This document shows, piece after piece, positions 1 to 13,600 of a DNA stretch of 64,000 nucleotides; the stretch's first letter is position 1, and every line of letters begins with the position of its first letter. The stretch covers positions 62,001 to 126,000 of the forward strand of contig JAQGDQ010000547.1 in NCBI GenBank assembly GCA_030141605.1, in the 5' to 3' direction. The notes below the pieces were generated by a model. That model worked only from the letters and a program-made list of their open reading frames with translations. It was not told where the DNA came from and did no database searches. The translations under genes were made by a program, and so were the position numbers. The DNA comes from Tubiluchus corallicola (taxonomy: Eukaryota > Animalia > Priapulida).

Positions 1-270
1 GATGAAAGTAGTGGTGACTGTGGTGGTGTTGAAGACTGAAATATGCTCGCTTGTTCATTTGCACTTGTCAATCAGAGTGGTGATAATGATGATGAAAGTA
101 GTGGTGAATGTAGTGGTGACTGTGGTGGTGTTGAAGACTGAAATATGCTCGCTTGTTCATTTGCACTTGTCAATCAGAGTGGTGATGATGATGATGAAAG
201 TAGTGGTGACTGTGGTGGTGTTAGAAACTGAAATATGCTTGCTTGCTCATTTGCACTTGTCAATCAGAGT
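1..270. repeat. Intronic tandem repeat, ~90-102 bp unit, ~3 copies (cut by window start)
   Basis: gatgaaagtagtggtgactgtggtggtgtt...cacttgtcaatcagagt occurs three times; this explains the ORF at 2..283. Confidence 0.85.
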
Positions 271-534
271 TCGATTGCTTTAAAAAGTAAAATAATAATG
301 AAATTATAATTTGTGTTAATTTATGACAGGTTTACTGTTTGGACAAATTTTTGAGTTTCACTTGCACTGCTGGGCATTTTTTGTCCCTGATTTTGGTCAT
401 TTCACTAAAGGGAAGTTATCACCTCCTAAATAAAAATGCCACTCACACACACCTGCAATATGGCCTATCTTCTATGGCGCCTTAAAGGGTGATAACAGTT
501 ATAAGTTAAAGCATTATGTTTCTGCCAATTGCAG

Positions 535-711
535 GATCTGTCTGTAGTGTGGGATGAACTGGGTTTGGTACGTCAGACACCGGTCTGCTCTACTCAGTGT
601 GATTATTGTCGCATGCCGCTCAAGTTTGAACAGCTGAGTGCTAGAGAAGCCTTTCAGCTTCCCTGCAACATGCCCAAAGAATTGTGTCCTCGTATGGTAA
701 TGGCTGTGTGA
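535..711 (+). CDS. ALAS: 5-aminolevulinate synthase, last coding exon (upstream exons lie outside the window)
   Basis: Acceptor ttgcag|GAT at 535. Translation DLSVVWDELGL..CSTQCDYCRMPLKFEQLSARE..CPRMVMAV* resembles the metazoan ALAS C-terminal extension (human ALAS1 as recalled: WKQVGL..ECNFCRRPLHFEVMSERE). A long AT-rich 3'UTR follows, with AATAAA near 1267 and 3887. Confidence 0.8.
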   Translation, partial: DLSVVWDELGLVRQTPVCSTQCDYCRMPLKFEQLSAREAFQLPCNMPKELCPRMVMAV

Positions 712-2632
712 GACCACAAAGACGTACCTGATCACGACAACTTCGGGTTTGAGGTTTGCGAATGCGGAAGCTGTCGGTGTTTACAACTTTTTACGAAATT
801 CTTTCATAAACTTCTTTTGGTAATTGGAAACTTTCTGTATTTCGGCAATACACGTATAGATATGCAGTGCAGTTTAAAGGAAAAATCAACATGTTTCTTG
901 GCAACAATAACGAGTATTACTGGGCAGCCTGTCAATGTCCTATAACTGATAGTCACTCTCATAAAGCCACAGTTTCATGCATAACTTTCACGTTTCCTAA
1001 AATATGATGTTACAATTTCTGCATAAAAATGTAATTGGAATTTAGCTAATCTTTACTACCAAAATTTTTTATTGTTGCACTTGTACGAGCTTGATTGGCT
1101 GTTTTGGCTTGTATCCTGACTGCATGTCTCTTCGTGTGTCTCATTTTGTAAAACTGACTCGAAATTATAAGCTTGTATTTTCATATCATTGCCTATGGGT
1201 TCTTCTATAATTGTTCATTGTTTTTGTTTTGCTTAACGTTGTTATTTGTAATTCTGCGCCTTCCTGAATAAAAAAAAACCTGCACGCGATTTTTGAGCTA
1301 CATATCTTTGGCAAATCTTTTTTGTAAACTAAGAACATGCTTTGGATCCAAAAAAAATTTGAACAAGTGTATCAAAGCAATGTTTAAAATTTTGTTTAGT
1401 AATATGTGCATGTGGCAACAGAAAAGCTTGGCTCTAATGTTCAGAGATTAAAAAACATGTGCAATAAGCAATGTTGCTGCAGTTTTCACAAGAAATCACT
1501 AAAATTTTGTACTGAAATTTTTTGTCTTTAGAATTTGCTAATTCAACAGTGCACATGTTTCGGAAAGTAGCATTTTTATGTAAATTGTCTCACTTTGTAA
1601 ATCTTTGGAATATTGTTCTTGTTATTTTCTTACATCTGTCCAGCACTAATGAATAGTTGTTGTAATAGGGACCAAATAATACTGTAACATTACAATTACA
1701 ATAGTTATTGTAATATATTGTTATAATATTGCAGTATATTGTAATAGTCTGAAGCCGTAGGTGATATTAGTACGCTGTCTTTTGTTTTTTTATATTTTAA
1801 GGCCAGGAAATGCAAACCATTCAGCTATGATTTGTGCTACAGATGACATTGACTTGACGCTTTGTCTGTAGAATATTTGTGATTAAGAACCAACGTGTTT
1901 GTAGTACCTTAAATTTCTGACAATTTCAGTATGAGACTTTTTTATTCCGTTTTTCTGTAGTTGATGTTTATTTTTGTAATGCAAAGACTGAATGCATCCA
2001 GCTTTTCTGAAAATCTGTCTGAGTTTACTTCAGGCTAATCTCATAGAGTTTGCACTAATTTTTGTGTGCTTGTGTCTGTGATTCTGCTTGTCTAGTGATA
2101 TCGTTATTGTTATTATTAGTCTATCTGATGATTATTGACTGCTGTCTGCATTGTTTATAGATTTAAGTAGTAATTTAAGACTCAGATCTGTCTCATAGCT
2201 GTATTTTGTTAAGTTTGCAATGTTTAATACGATTTTTATTACAGCTTGTTTGCATTTCTCTAAAAGTTCTGTGTTTAATAAGTGTGGACAAGGTAGCTCA
2301 CCATTTTGCACAACTGAATATAAGAATCTGTAATGTGATAATGAATTGATTTCTGTTTAGCATTTCGTACATTATTGATCTTTTGTCTCAGGCAATTTTG
2401 ATTGTTAACTGTTTGCACCCACAGTCCTGTGTTGCGTTGTAATTAGTTATTAAGTGTTTCAAAGATTTCGTTTTGCTTTTTTGCGGCGCTTTGATCGACT
2501 TCTCATTCAACTAACACTCTTGAATTCAAAAGTGCACAAATTTACTCACTTTAAACATCTTTGTTTTCCTATCTGACATACAGTACAGTTGTCGCAGAGC
2601 TCAGTATAATTTATATTTTTGTGTGCAAAACT

Positions 2633-2991
2633 GGCCCTAAACTCTCCTGCAACAAAAACAGCAAAGAATGGATTGTTTTTCACATCCTAATTTGAAATTT
2701 AAAGATGACTGTACTATAGATTAGGCCCTAAACTCTCCTGCAACTAAAGCAGCAAAGAATGGATTGTTTTTTGCATCCTAATTTGAAATTTAAAGATGAC
2801 TGTACTATAGATTAGGCCCTAAACTCTCCTGCAACGAAAACAGCAAAGAATGGATTGTTTTTTGCATCCTAATTTGAAATTTAAAGATGACTGTACTATA
2901 GATTAGGCCCTAAACTCTCCTGCAACAAAAACAGCAAAGAATGGATTGTTTTTCGCATCCTAATTTGAAATTTAAAAATGACTGTACTATA
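2633..2991. repeat. 91-bp tandem repeat, ~4 copies, in the presumed ALAS 3'UTR
   Basis: ggccctaaactctcctgcaac... starts at 2633, 2724, 2815 and 2906. Confidence 0.95.
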
Positions 2992-4027
2992 AATTTGACG
3001 AGTTCTAGGGTATAATTAAGATTGCTTTAACTTAATAGAAAAGTACAACTTTATTCATGTTTTGCCCAGCCAAAAAGGTCAACTGAAACTCTGACCAAAA
3101 ATCACGCAATGCCCGAAATCTTTTACATTATATCACTTATAAAAATATGCGTTGCTTAAAGCAAAATACGAAACGAAACACAACAAGATTGTTACTGTTT
3201 ACTGGTAAATGCATTACACTAGTCAGTCGGTGTAGCTATAAGCTTTAGTACCTCTGCATTAAGCTGGTACTCAGCGATTGCGATACTCGACTCTCTCTCC
3301 ACCTATCAGAGGCGGGCACCTTTATAGGGTGCAAAGTCTATTCTTCGTTAACGCTGATCTTTTAGTTGTCTTTTCCAAGTTTAATGTCTTTATTTGTCTT
3401 TATCCTGTATTCCATACATTTGTTCACTAGACTTCTGATTTCTAGCAATCCTTCCTTTTCACTGTTCATTAATATATCTGAGTTCAAAGTTTTTTTCCAT
3501 TCTCCATATCTATAACATCTAAGCATATGTTCAGTAGTGTCATCATCTTCCTAATGTTTTTAGCGATGATGTTGATAAGAAGTTCACAAGTATAAATACG
3601 TGTAGCAGTTTTGTTCACATGAAGAGTGGAATTGCTCCCACTGGCACAAAATTTTGTTCCACGTTTCCTGAAATGAAGCTTTTGCCTTCTGTTTTTTGTG
3701 TGTCATTGGCCTTCAACAGATGTATTTTGCAGTATAAAATTCTCTACAGAAATAAGTTTGTAATTTATCTATTTATCTATCATAATGTGTTAAACCGGTA
3801 AATGCCAACATCATGAATCCGTGTCATTTAGGCTAGCATTGACGCTTACTGTGAGAAATATTGTTGCTTTCTGTCAAAGTTTATTGAATAAAATTTACGT
3901 GCAACTAAAAAAAACATTTTCGTTTCTTGTTGTTCAAGCAAATGGTAGGTTAGAATAGGTCTGGATCATACACTGTCCAATACATAGTGTGCACTGCAAC
4001 AATTTGTAGCCGGCTAGGTATGGCAGG

Positions 4028-4397
4028 TAGGGGTGAGCATTCTCTACCAGAAAGCGAATTCAAATCGAATTTGTGACTTTCGAATCGAACCGAACTCCAG
4101 TGTTTCGAATTGAGATTGAAGGATTTTCGAACCACCAGTAAAAATTAGTCTTACAAAGATCATGCATATCACTAGATTTTGTTCTGCAATAAAGCGACTA
4201 GTAATTTGCTTTAAAGTTGTGCACAGAAATCACAACTAAATTATGCTAATTGCATGATGTTTCAATCGTTTTAGTGATCAGGAACATGTGTGATTGAAGT
4301 GCTGAATTATTCGAATCTATAGTTTTGGATTCGAATCGAGTTCGAACTAAAAAAAAACTCGTTCGAATTCGATTCGAACGTTCGATGCTCACCCCTA
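4028..4397. mobile_element. hAT-like MITE, family C (TIR TAGGGGTGAGCAT, TTCGAA-rich subtermini)
   Basis: TIRs taggggtgagcat / atgctcaccccta; 8-bp TSD atggcagg/atgacagg; further copies at 11785, 20560 and 21712. Confidence 0.85.
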
Positions 4398-4538
4398 ATG
4401 ACAGGTACCTATTCACACATTTGTTTTTCAAGTTCTAAAGACAATTCTCAAATCAAAGTGAATCTGTGAGGAGATTCATAATTGTACACCAAGCTGGGAC
4501 AACCAGTTAAGATTGTACTAAGTGAAAGTCTCAGTGTA

Positions 4539-4945
4539 CAGTCAACCACGGGTATAAGGTACTCGCTCATACACCGTTCCCGATTTTTCGTAACGTTTTC
4601 CCTATGTAAAAATCTTTGTATATAAGGTGCTCAGATATAAGGGACTTTCGGTTATAAGGGACGATATCTTCAGGTCCCGCGTAATAGAAACCCAGGTAAA
4701 TTACCTCGCGTATAAGGGACCCTATGAAGAAAGCGAAATTCATCGATTTTTAACCTCAATTTTACCTCGGTCACATTCATCTCGCATCAGTGAAGGAGCT
4801 TCTTACACTGCACTGAATGCGTAGCAATAATGGGTAAAAGTACAGAAATGTACAGGTCTATATACACCCTTGGTCTGACTTAGCTTCGGCTATAAGGGAC
4901 GATTTTTTCCGGTTTGGAGCTGTCCCTTATATCCGGGGTGGACTG
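4539..4945. mobile_element. pogo/Tigger-like MITE
   Basis: TA|cagtcaaccacgggtataagg ... ccttatatccggggtggactg|TA: terminal inverted repeats with a TA duplication. Confidence 0.8.
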
Positions 4946-5509
4946 TACTGTCTGAGAGGGCGTTAGTGCGTGACTGTCGTAAAGGCAGTTATGTGAAATT
5001 CACTAAATGTTCTTATGAGACAATTTAGCTGAAACTTGCGATGTAGAAAGTGTGTTTGCCACACTGTTTTTAAAACTGTTAGATAACATTGTCTAAAAAA
5101 AGTCTTACGAGTCTTGAATAGTCTTTGCCGACATACTAGAAGTTTTGGGGGTGGACATGGTTAGCGTACACGCTGTAAGTCGCTAACTGGAGATGGTATT
5201 AGAGGTTATGAGAAAAGGTGAAACAAGCAAAACAAACAAAGCAAAGCAAACCGCACCCACTACACATCAGGTAGTTGATATGTAATGATATGAAAAACAA
5301 CCCAACCACGATGTCTTATTCTACTGTACCATCTCCCTCACATTTTAAACTGTCAAAACGTTCAGTCCAGTCTTTTAATATTTTGCGCTTTCAATTTATT
5401 TTTTTGCCAGCTTGGTGGCCTAAGCACGTGCTTAGTTTGTGTATACGTTATTTCGATCCTGCATGCCAGCATAAATAATAGTAAATCTGACCCCTGGTCA
5501 CTTAATACA

Positions 5510-5732
5510 CAATGGAAGTATTAAAACACAAAAACAATGGAAGTATTAAAACACAAAAACAATGGAAGTATTAAAACACAAAAACAATGGAAGTATTAAA
5601 ACACAAAAACAATGGAAGTATTAAAACACAAAAACAATGGAAGTATTAAAACACAAAAACAATGGAAGTATTAAAACACAAAAACAATGGAAGTATTAAA
5701 ACACAAAAACAATGGAAGTATTAAAACACAAA
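5510..5732. repeat. 25-bp minisatellite, ~9 copies
   Basis: Perfect repeats of caatggaagtattaaaacacaaaaa. Confidence 0.95.
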
Positions 5733-7666
5733 AGACAATCAATTTTATTAACCAACGTTTTTTATTGTGCAGTTATGCAGTACTGTACAGCAGAAAGCGT
5801 AGATATATGTTACTTAAACCGGGTACACACTTTTTACATTGATTCGTATCCTAGCAACACAAAGAATACTTAGTTGCTGGAGACAAAAGAACAATTACCT
5901 AGCTCTAATTATCACTTCTCCGTCAGTTTTTTTACGCAATGATACTTTCTCACGAGAGGCCCGTTGATGCAACCGCATCACAACTTAAATACCCTTGTAC
6001 TCGCCCATCCAAATCAACCAACCACAATTAAAATATTCACAGATTTCTTATTGTAATAAATACCACATCGGCAGCACAGTCCTACTCCATTCAGAGTTTT
6101 ACACGGCGTTTCGGCAAACCAAGACGCAGTGCAGTTTTATCACACACAAAGAAAATGCAAATTATAATTTTATTACAAATGATAAATAATACATTTTCAT
6201 TTCAAAATGCTGAATTTTAATATTATAAACAGTAGTCATATTTACAGGTGCACATTACCACTCCGGAAGGACACACATCATGTTGGTCTGCTGCCTTGCA
6301 ACACCTTGAGAGTTGCATTTTCATGACGTGCCACATTCACTGATCAAAATGAAATTGTTCGACAGCAGCTGTACAAAAGTAAATGCACTGTAAGAATAGG
6401 AAAGTTGAAAGTATTTTGAACAGATAAAACAGGTTACGTAAAATAAATGGGATAACAGCCGAAGAACAAAAGTTTATACAACAATACCTACATAGTAACG
6501 TTCAGAACAGTTAGTCGAACTAAAGGTATAAAAAGCAAATACAGTTATTGCAACAGTATGAAGACAACAGAATCATCAATCATTAAACTACATTAAAAGA
6601 AGTGTTTACTACTTAAGCTGAAGAAAACATGTTGCATGTCACAACTAATTCTGGGTCAATAATCAAATCAGTGTAAATTTGCAACAGATTTGCTTGTGTG
6701 AATCATTAACAGCCCATATTATTAAAAGAAAACCGGAAGATTGTGTAAACATTAGTTCAGAATAAAGAATGCTCTAAAATATTGAAAACTACAATAGCTT
6801 TTTTCGAATCAAAGTTTAGATTAAATAATAATTACCTCGGATACTCAAATTTCCTTAATATTCAAAGTTACGCGCGGCTCAGTGAATCTACTAAGATTGG
6901 CAGCGGCGTCTTTTTGTCACGTTCGTGTGACCGATAAAAAGAAAGCGGTATCGTGATAACCATGATCATGAACTGCAGTGTTAGTTTCTGACGTCATATG
7001 ATGCAGAGCCCATTTTCGTGACATCACACATTTAAGCAGTATTGTATACACTTACACAAATGTGCTTGCCGCGAAGAAGCCTGTCATTGCACAAACTGTG
7101 GTTTGTTTCTGACGTAAGCAATAGCTGTGTTCGGTTGCCGTTAATTAACTTTCTAAGCTAATTATTCAAATATAACAAACAATTGTTAACTTTTATAGGA
7201 AAGAAAATGTATATTTTGGTCAGTAAATACAATGAGATTGAGTCTAAACAATCATCAGGTTTTCCTTTAACTTTTTTAACTAAGTGAGAAATTCTAGACA
7301 TCCCTGAACAAAGAAAAATACATAATGATAGATAAATAAACTACACCCGGGACCGGTTTCACAAAGCCATCACCAAGTTAACATGTCCTTAACTTAGTAA
7401 CCACTTTGTAAGACGGAGTCCACCCTTTGTTATACATATATTAAATTTAATAAAAATAGTTATGGCCATTCTAGCCAATAATAATACGCAGTTAAGAGCC
7501 AGGAACAGTAACGAAGGAATGAATAGTGAATGTGGCCAAGCATGGATAATTGATGATGACGACGACGACGGGGCATCAACATCAAACCCATCACTGTGGT
7601 CCTCTTAAAACGAACTTTATCCAAATTCTGTAGAATCCCCGTTGCTATGGAAACCATAAATAGCTG

Positions 7667-10600
7667 TCAAACTGCATTGGCGTACAGTCTCGTCCATTCT
7701 TTGGCTAAACAATTATTACAAAAATTTAAATAAACAAATATCTAGTTGAATTTATTTACCTAGTTATCATTAAATATCATAGAAACTTGTTATCAAAGTG
7801 TATTTTCTAAATGCTTTTTTGCACAGACTGAATTTACACTATAGACTTTCTAAACAAACAAGACATGCACATAAAACTTTCGGAAAAAAAAACAGCGATG
7901 GTAAGGCCAATGAATTTCTTTAAATAAATTACTATATACAAAAATGTATGCTCAAATGTATTCGTAAAAAGTCCAAACTTTAGTAAAATTCTATGTTTAG
8001 GATGACTGCCCTTCTCTCACTACCTATAAGTCATTCAACCAGCACCGGCACTATTTGTTACCAGCACACGTTCATAGCACACCAGCACCGGCACTATTTG
8101 TTACCAGCACATGTTCATAGCACACCAGCACCGGCACCATTTGTTACCAGCACACGTTCATAAGCACACCAGCATCGGCACCATTTGTTACCAGCATACG
8201 TTCGTAAGCACACCAGCACCGGCACCATTTGTTACCAGCACACGTTCATGGCACACCAGCACCGGCACCATTTGTTACCAGCACACGTTCGTAAGCACAC
8301 CAGCACCATTTGTTACCAGCACACGTTCATAAGCACACCAGCACTGGCACCATTTGTTACCAGCACACGTTCATAGCACACCAGCACCGGCACCATTTGT
8401 TACCAGCACACATTCATAAGCACACCAGCACCGGCACCATTTGTTACCAGCACACGTTCATAGCACACCAGCACTGGCACCATTTGTTACCAGCACACAT
8501 TCATAGCACACCAGCACCGGCACCATTTGTTACCAGCACACGTTCATAAGTCCACCAGCACCGGCACCATTTGTTACCAGCAAACGTTCGTAAGCACACC
8601 AGCACCGGCACCATTTGTTACCAGCACACGTTTATAAGCACACCAGCACTGGCACCATTTGTTACCAGCACATGTTCATAAGCACACCAGCACCGGCACC
8701 ATTTGTTACCAGCATACGTTCGTAAGCACACCAGCACTGGCACCATTTGTTACCAGCACACGTTCGTAAGCACACCAGCGCTGGCACCATTTGTTACCAG
8801 CATACGTTTATAAGCACACCAGCACTGGCACCATTTGTTACCAGCACACGTTTATAAGCACACCAGCACTGGCACCATTTGTTACCAGCACATGTTCATA
8901 AGCACACCAGCACCGGCACCATTTGTTACCAGCATACGTTCGTAAGCACACCAGCACCGGTACCATTTGTTACCAGCACACGTTCATAAGCACACCAGCA
9001 CAGGCACCATTTGTTACCAGCACACGTTCATAAGCACACCAGCACTGGCACCATTTGTTACCAGTACACGTTCATAAGCACACCAGCACTGGCACCATTT
9101 GTTACCAGCACACGTTCATAGCACACCGGCACTGGCACCATTTGTTACCAGCACATGTTCATAGAAAACGCACAATCAAGCCTATTTCAGTACGAAATTC
9201 TAGCCTTCGTAGGATATGACCAAGTATAACCTTCGTAAAATTTCTGAGCTTACTTAAAGCTCCTTGACTGTGCTGGCACCTGGTGGTAAGGACAAACACT
9301 AATAAGCCATCCAATGACGATAAATAATGCACGGACATTCTACATAATTCTTGCTTTCTGCACCAGAAATGAAAGGTAATAAGCTTGCTGTTCAAAGATA
9401 AGCGTTTGTGGTTGCCCATAGATTCAAATTTTCGTGATAATTTGCACACGCTGTTTGCCTCACGAGCAAATTCCGCATACATGTATGCAACAGTGATATC
9501 AAATGCTCTGGAACCAGGGATGAGCGGATTGGCCAATTTCTTACTCCACAAGCAATTTGGTCCGTTAATTTGCAAATCTGCCGCCTGCTAGAAATCCACA
9601 TTTTGCTATTTACAGCTATCCGCAACTGCAATGCCGTGTAATTATTTCCAATCCGCAATCCGTTCCCAATTTCGAATCCGCAACCCCGCTCGCACGACCA
9701 ATTGTAATTCAAATAATTTAAGAAAATGGAAGACCACCAGTCTGCACTCCACCAGGAAGATGGGAACAAAAAAAATCAGTGTGAATGCTACGCAATATCT
9801 GCACGATAAAATAAAAAAATGGGCTCATGTGCTAAATACAGAGCGCACTTCCAATGACGCACACATTCTTTGTCAAAGTTTCGTATTAACGAAAAATCAA
9901 TGATGTTTATTATAACGTAATAATGACAACTGCGATCTGCAAAGATCCGATCCGCACCTGTTTTTTTAACCGCATCTTGTCCGAATAGGTTTTTGAGTTT
10001 CAATTACAAATCTGCAGCCACAAACAAAAAAGTGCGGATCTCGGTCCAGTCCCGTCTGCTAATTTCTCCGACTCCAGGGTTGAGACTGATAAATTGCAAA
10101 AAACTCTGAAACAGGCCGGGGGTTCTGGGGCCACCTAGGCCCCCAATGGGGTTCAAGGGAAGCGCCCTTGGAGCCAGCAACAAATTGGAATTTTGTGACA
10201 ACAAAGAGCCTCTAAGTGGACTTAAAATATCAATTACCTTGTTTCATGCATAATTTAAAATGCCCAACTATCAAGGATACATGATACCTAATTGTCTCAA
10301 AAACGCCTAAGTACTGGCCGCTCCTATGCAAAAGTATATAAAAACTGTCTGCAATTGACTCAAATAACTCCGCACAAATGATTCTATATTTTTATACACA
10401 GAGATATACACATGGTTACACTGATGTACGCGATGTAAACAAAGTGACAGCCTGCCAACTAGCGGTCAGCTTGTGAAATAATGTACTGGGTCCGTAAAAA
10501 TTTTCTCAACAAATTTACGTGATTTACAAAAATGGCACTACTGGTCTTCCAAAAACTCGGAATTCACGGAAAATTCTCATCCCTGTGACTCTAACTTACT

Positions 10601-13600
10601 GGAACTAATGTCTATCAGTAAAGAATGCTAAGAAACAACGTGCAGACAGACAGACAGACCTGTTCGAATAGCTTCAGCTTCATTTATTTTCCACTGCTCA
10701 GCAACATCGTTAGCTAACGGATCATCCGGATTAGGTGCACTCAATAGCGCTTGAATAGATAATAGTACTGTTCTGATTTGTAGAGCTGGTGACCATTTAT
10801 CTGCAAAAACGTTGAATGAACATGGTTTTTAGATGAATCAGTGTAAGTAAGGCTAAGGCAGGGATGAGAATGACAAATTGCAAAAAACTCTGAAACAGGC
10901 CGGGGGTTTGGGGGTCGCCTAGGCCCCTAACGCAGGTGGGGGGGAAAGCCCCCATGGGGTTCAAGGGGGCGAAGCAACAATTAGAAATTTTGTGACCATA
11001 TAGAGCCTCTAAGTGGACTTAAAATATCAGTTACCTTGTTTCATGCATAATTTAAAATATCCAACTATCAAGGATACATGATACCTAATTGTCTCAAAAA
11101 CACCTAAGTACTGGCCGGTCCTATGCACAAGTATATAAAAACTGTCTGCAATTGACTCAAATAACTCGGCACAATTGATTCTATATTTTCATACATAGAG
11201 ATATACACGTGGTTACACTGATGTACGTGATGTAAACAAAGTGACGGCCTGCCATCTAGCGGTCAGCTGGTGAAATAATGTACTGGGTCCGTAAAAAAAT
11301 TTTCTCAACGAATTTACACGATTTACAAAAATTGTCTTCCAAAAACCCGGAATGCCGTGGAAAATTCTCATCCTTGCGGTGAACGTGCTAATTTTGCAGA
11401 GACACGCCATTAAGAGGTAAACACTGCTATGTCAATATCTCATATCTAATCACATAATCATAAATACCTTTTAATATATCGAGACATATTCGTCCTAGCT
11501 TGTCAATATTTGGATGATAAATTTTTGTCATAAACCGCACTTTAGGTGCTGACATTGGATATTCTTCGGGAAGAAATAATTCCAGCTTGAATACTCCACC
11601 TTCAAATGGTGACTGAAAAATAGAATGAAAATCATGATGATGAAATAAAACAACTGAAAAACGATAAAAAGCTATGATTTTTACATAAACTGAGCATCCG
11701 ATCACATCGTCGAGCCCATAATGATCAAGTCAAGTGCAAATCTAAGTGAAAATGCCAGCTCTGCAGGGTTTCTTAACTTAATAATAGGGGTGAGCATCGA
11801 ACGCTCGAATTCGATTCGAACGAGTTTTTTTAGTTCAAACTCGATTCCAATCCAAAACTATAGATTCGAATAATTCAGCACTTCAATCACACATGTTCTT
11901 TATCACTAAAACGATTGAAACAACTTGCAATTAGCATAATTTAGCTATGATTTCTGCGCACAATTTTAAACAAATTACTAGTCGTTTTATTGCAGGACAA
12001 AATCTAGTGATATGCATGATCTTTGTAAGACTAATTTTTACTGGTGGTTCGAAAACTTGTTGGAAAATCGTTCAATCTCAATTCAAATTCGAAACACTGA
12101 AGTTCGGTTCGAATCGAATTCGCTTTCTGGTAGAGAATGCTCACCCCTACCGATCACATGATCAAGTCAAGTGCAAATCTAAGTGAAAAAAGCAAAAGTG
12201 AGTTAACCTTGGAAAAAAACGGTTAACACCATTTGCAAAGATTTCTGTTATTGCATCAAACTATTTTCCCTTTTTGCAGGGATGATTATTATATGGCGTA
12301 GCAGTGTCTAGTTTTTTTGCTGGATTACTGCTGCATTTACCTGTCTGAAGGCAGATTTCTTTTATTTTAGAATTCTGCCTGCCCAATGTCTACAATAGAC
12401 GTGACAGGCGTATGATGATGATGATGATGATTATTATTATTATATGATATTATGGTTGTGATTGTTATTACCAAATTCAAAAAGCTGTTTAGACCGTCTA
12501 AAAGAATTAGAAGCGTTGGACGCTGCTGATTTTTAGTCTGGTATAGCTGACGTACGTAACATTAGTGACTAGTAGTTAAAAGTTATGTCCATCACGTAAC
12601 TTGCGTCCATTGAATTATTGGCTACTCTTCCACAACTATGTCCATCATGTTCGTTAAATTAGTGATTGAACGTCCATCTTACATCCATCGTGTCCATATT
12701 ACGTCCATCGCGTCCATATTACGTTCGTCGTGTCCAACTTACATCCATCGACGTTCGTCGTGTCCATATTACGTTCGTCGTGTCCATATTACGTTCCTCG
12801 TGTCTATATTACGTTCGTCGTGTCCAGCTTACATCCATCGCGTCCATATTACATCCATCGCGTCCATATTACGTTCGTCGTGTCCAACTTACATCCATCG
12901 CGTCCATATTACGTTCGTCGTGTCCATATTACGTTCGTCGTGTCCAACTTACATCCATCGTGTCCATATTACGTTCGTCGTGTCTATATTACGTTCGTCG
13001 TGTCCAACTTACATCCATCGCGTCCATATTACGTTTGTCGTGTCCAACTTACATCCATCGCGTCCATATTACGTTCGTCGTGTCTATATTACGTTCGTCG
13101 TGTCCAACTTACATCCATCGCGTCCATATTACGTTTGTCGTGTCCAACTTACATCCATCGCGTCCATATTACGTTCGTCGTGTCCATATTACGTTCGTCG
13201 TGTCCAACTTACATCCATCGTGTCCATATTACGTTCGTCGTGTCTATATTACGTTTGTCGTGTCCAACTTACATCCATCGCGTCCATATTACGTTTGTCG
13301 TGTCCAACTTACATCCATCACGTCCATATTACGTTCGTCGTGTCCATATTACGTTCGTTGTGTCCAACTTACATCCATTGTGTCCATATTACGTTCGTCG
13401 TGTCTATATTACGTTCGTCGTGTCCAACTTACATCCATCGCGTCCATATTACGTTCGTCGTGTCCATATTACGTTCGTCGTGTCCATATTACGTTCGTCG
13501 TGTCCAACTTACATCCATCGTGTCCATATTACGTTCGTCGTGTCTATATTACGTTCGTCGTGTCCAACTTACATCCATCGTGTCCATATTACGTTCGTCG

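Noticed and set aside
8039-9162. CRISPR-like regular repeats here and in the other arrays
   Set aside because: There are no unique spacers and no cas genes, and the context is eukaryotic introns.
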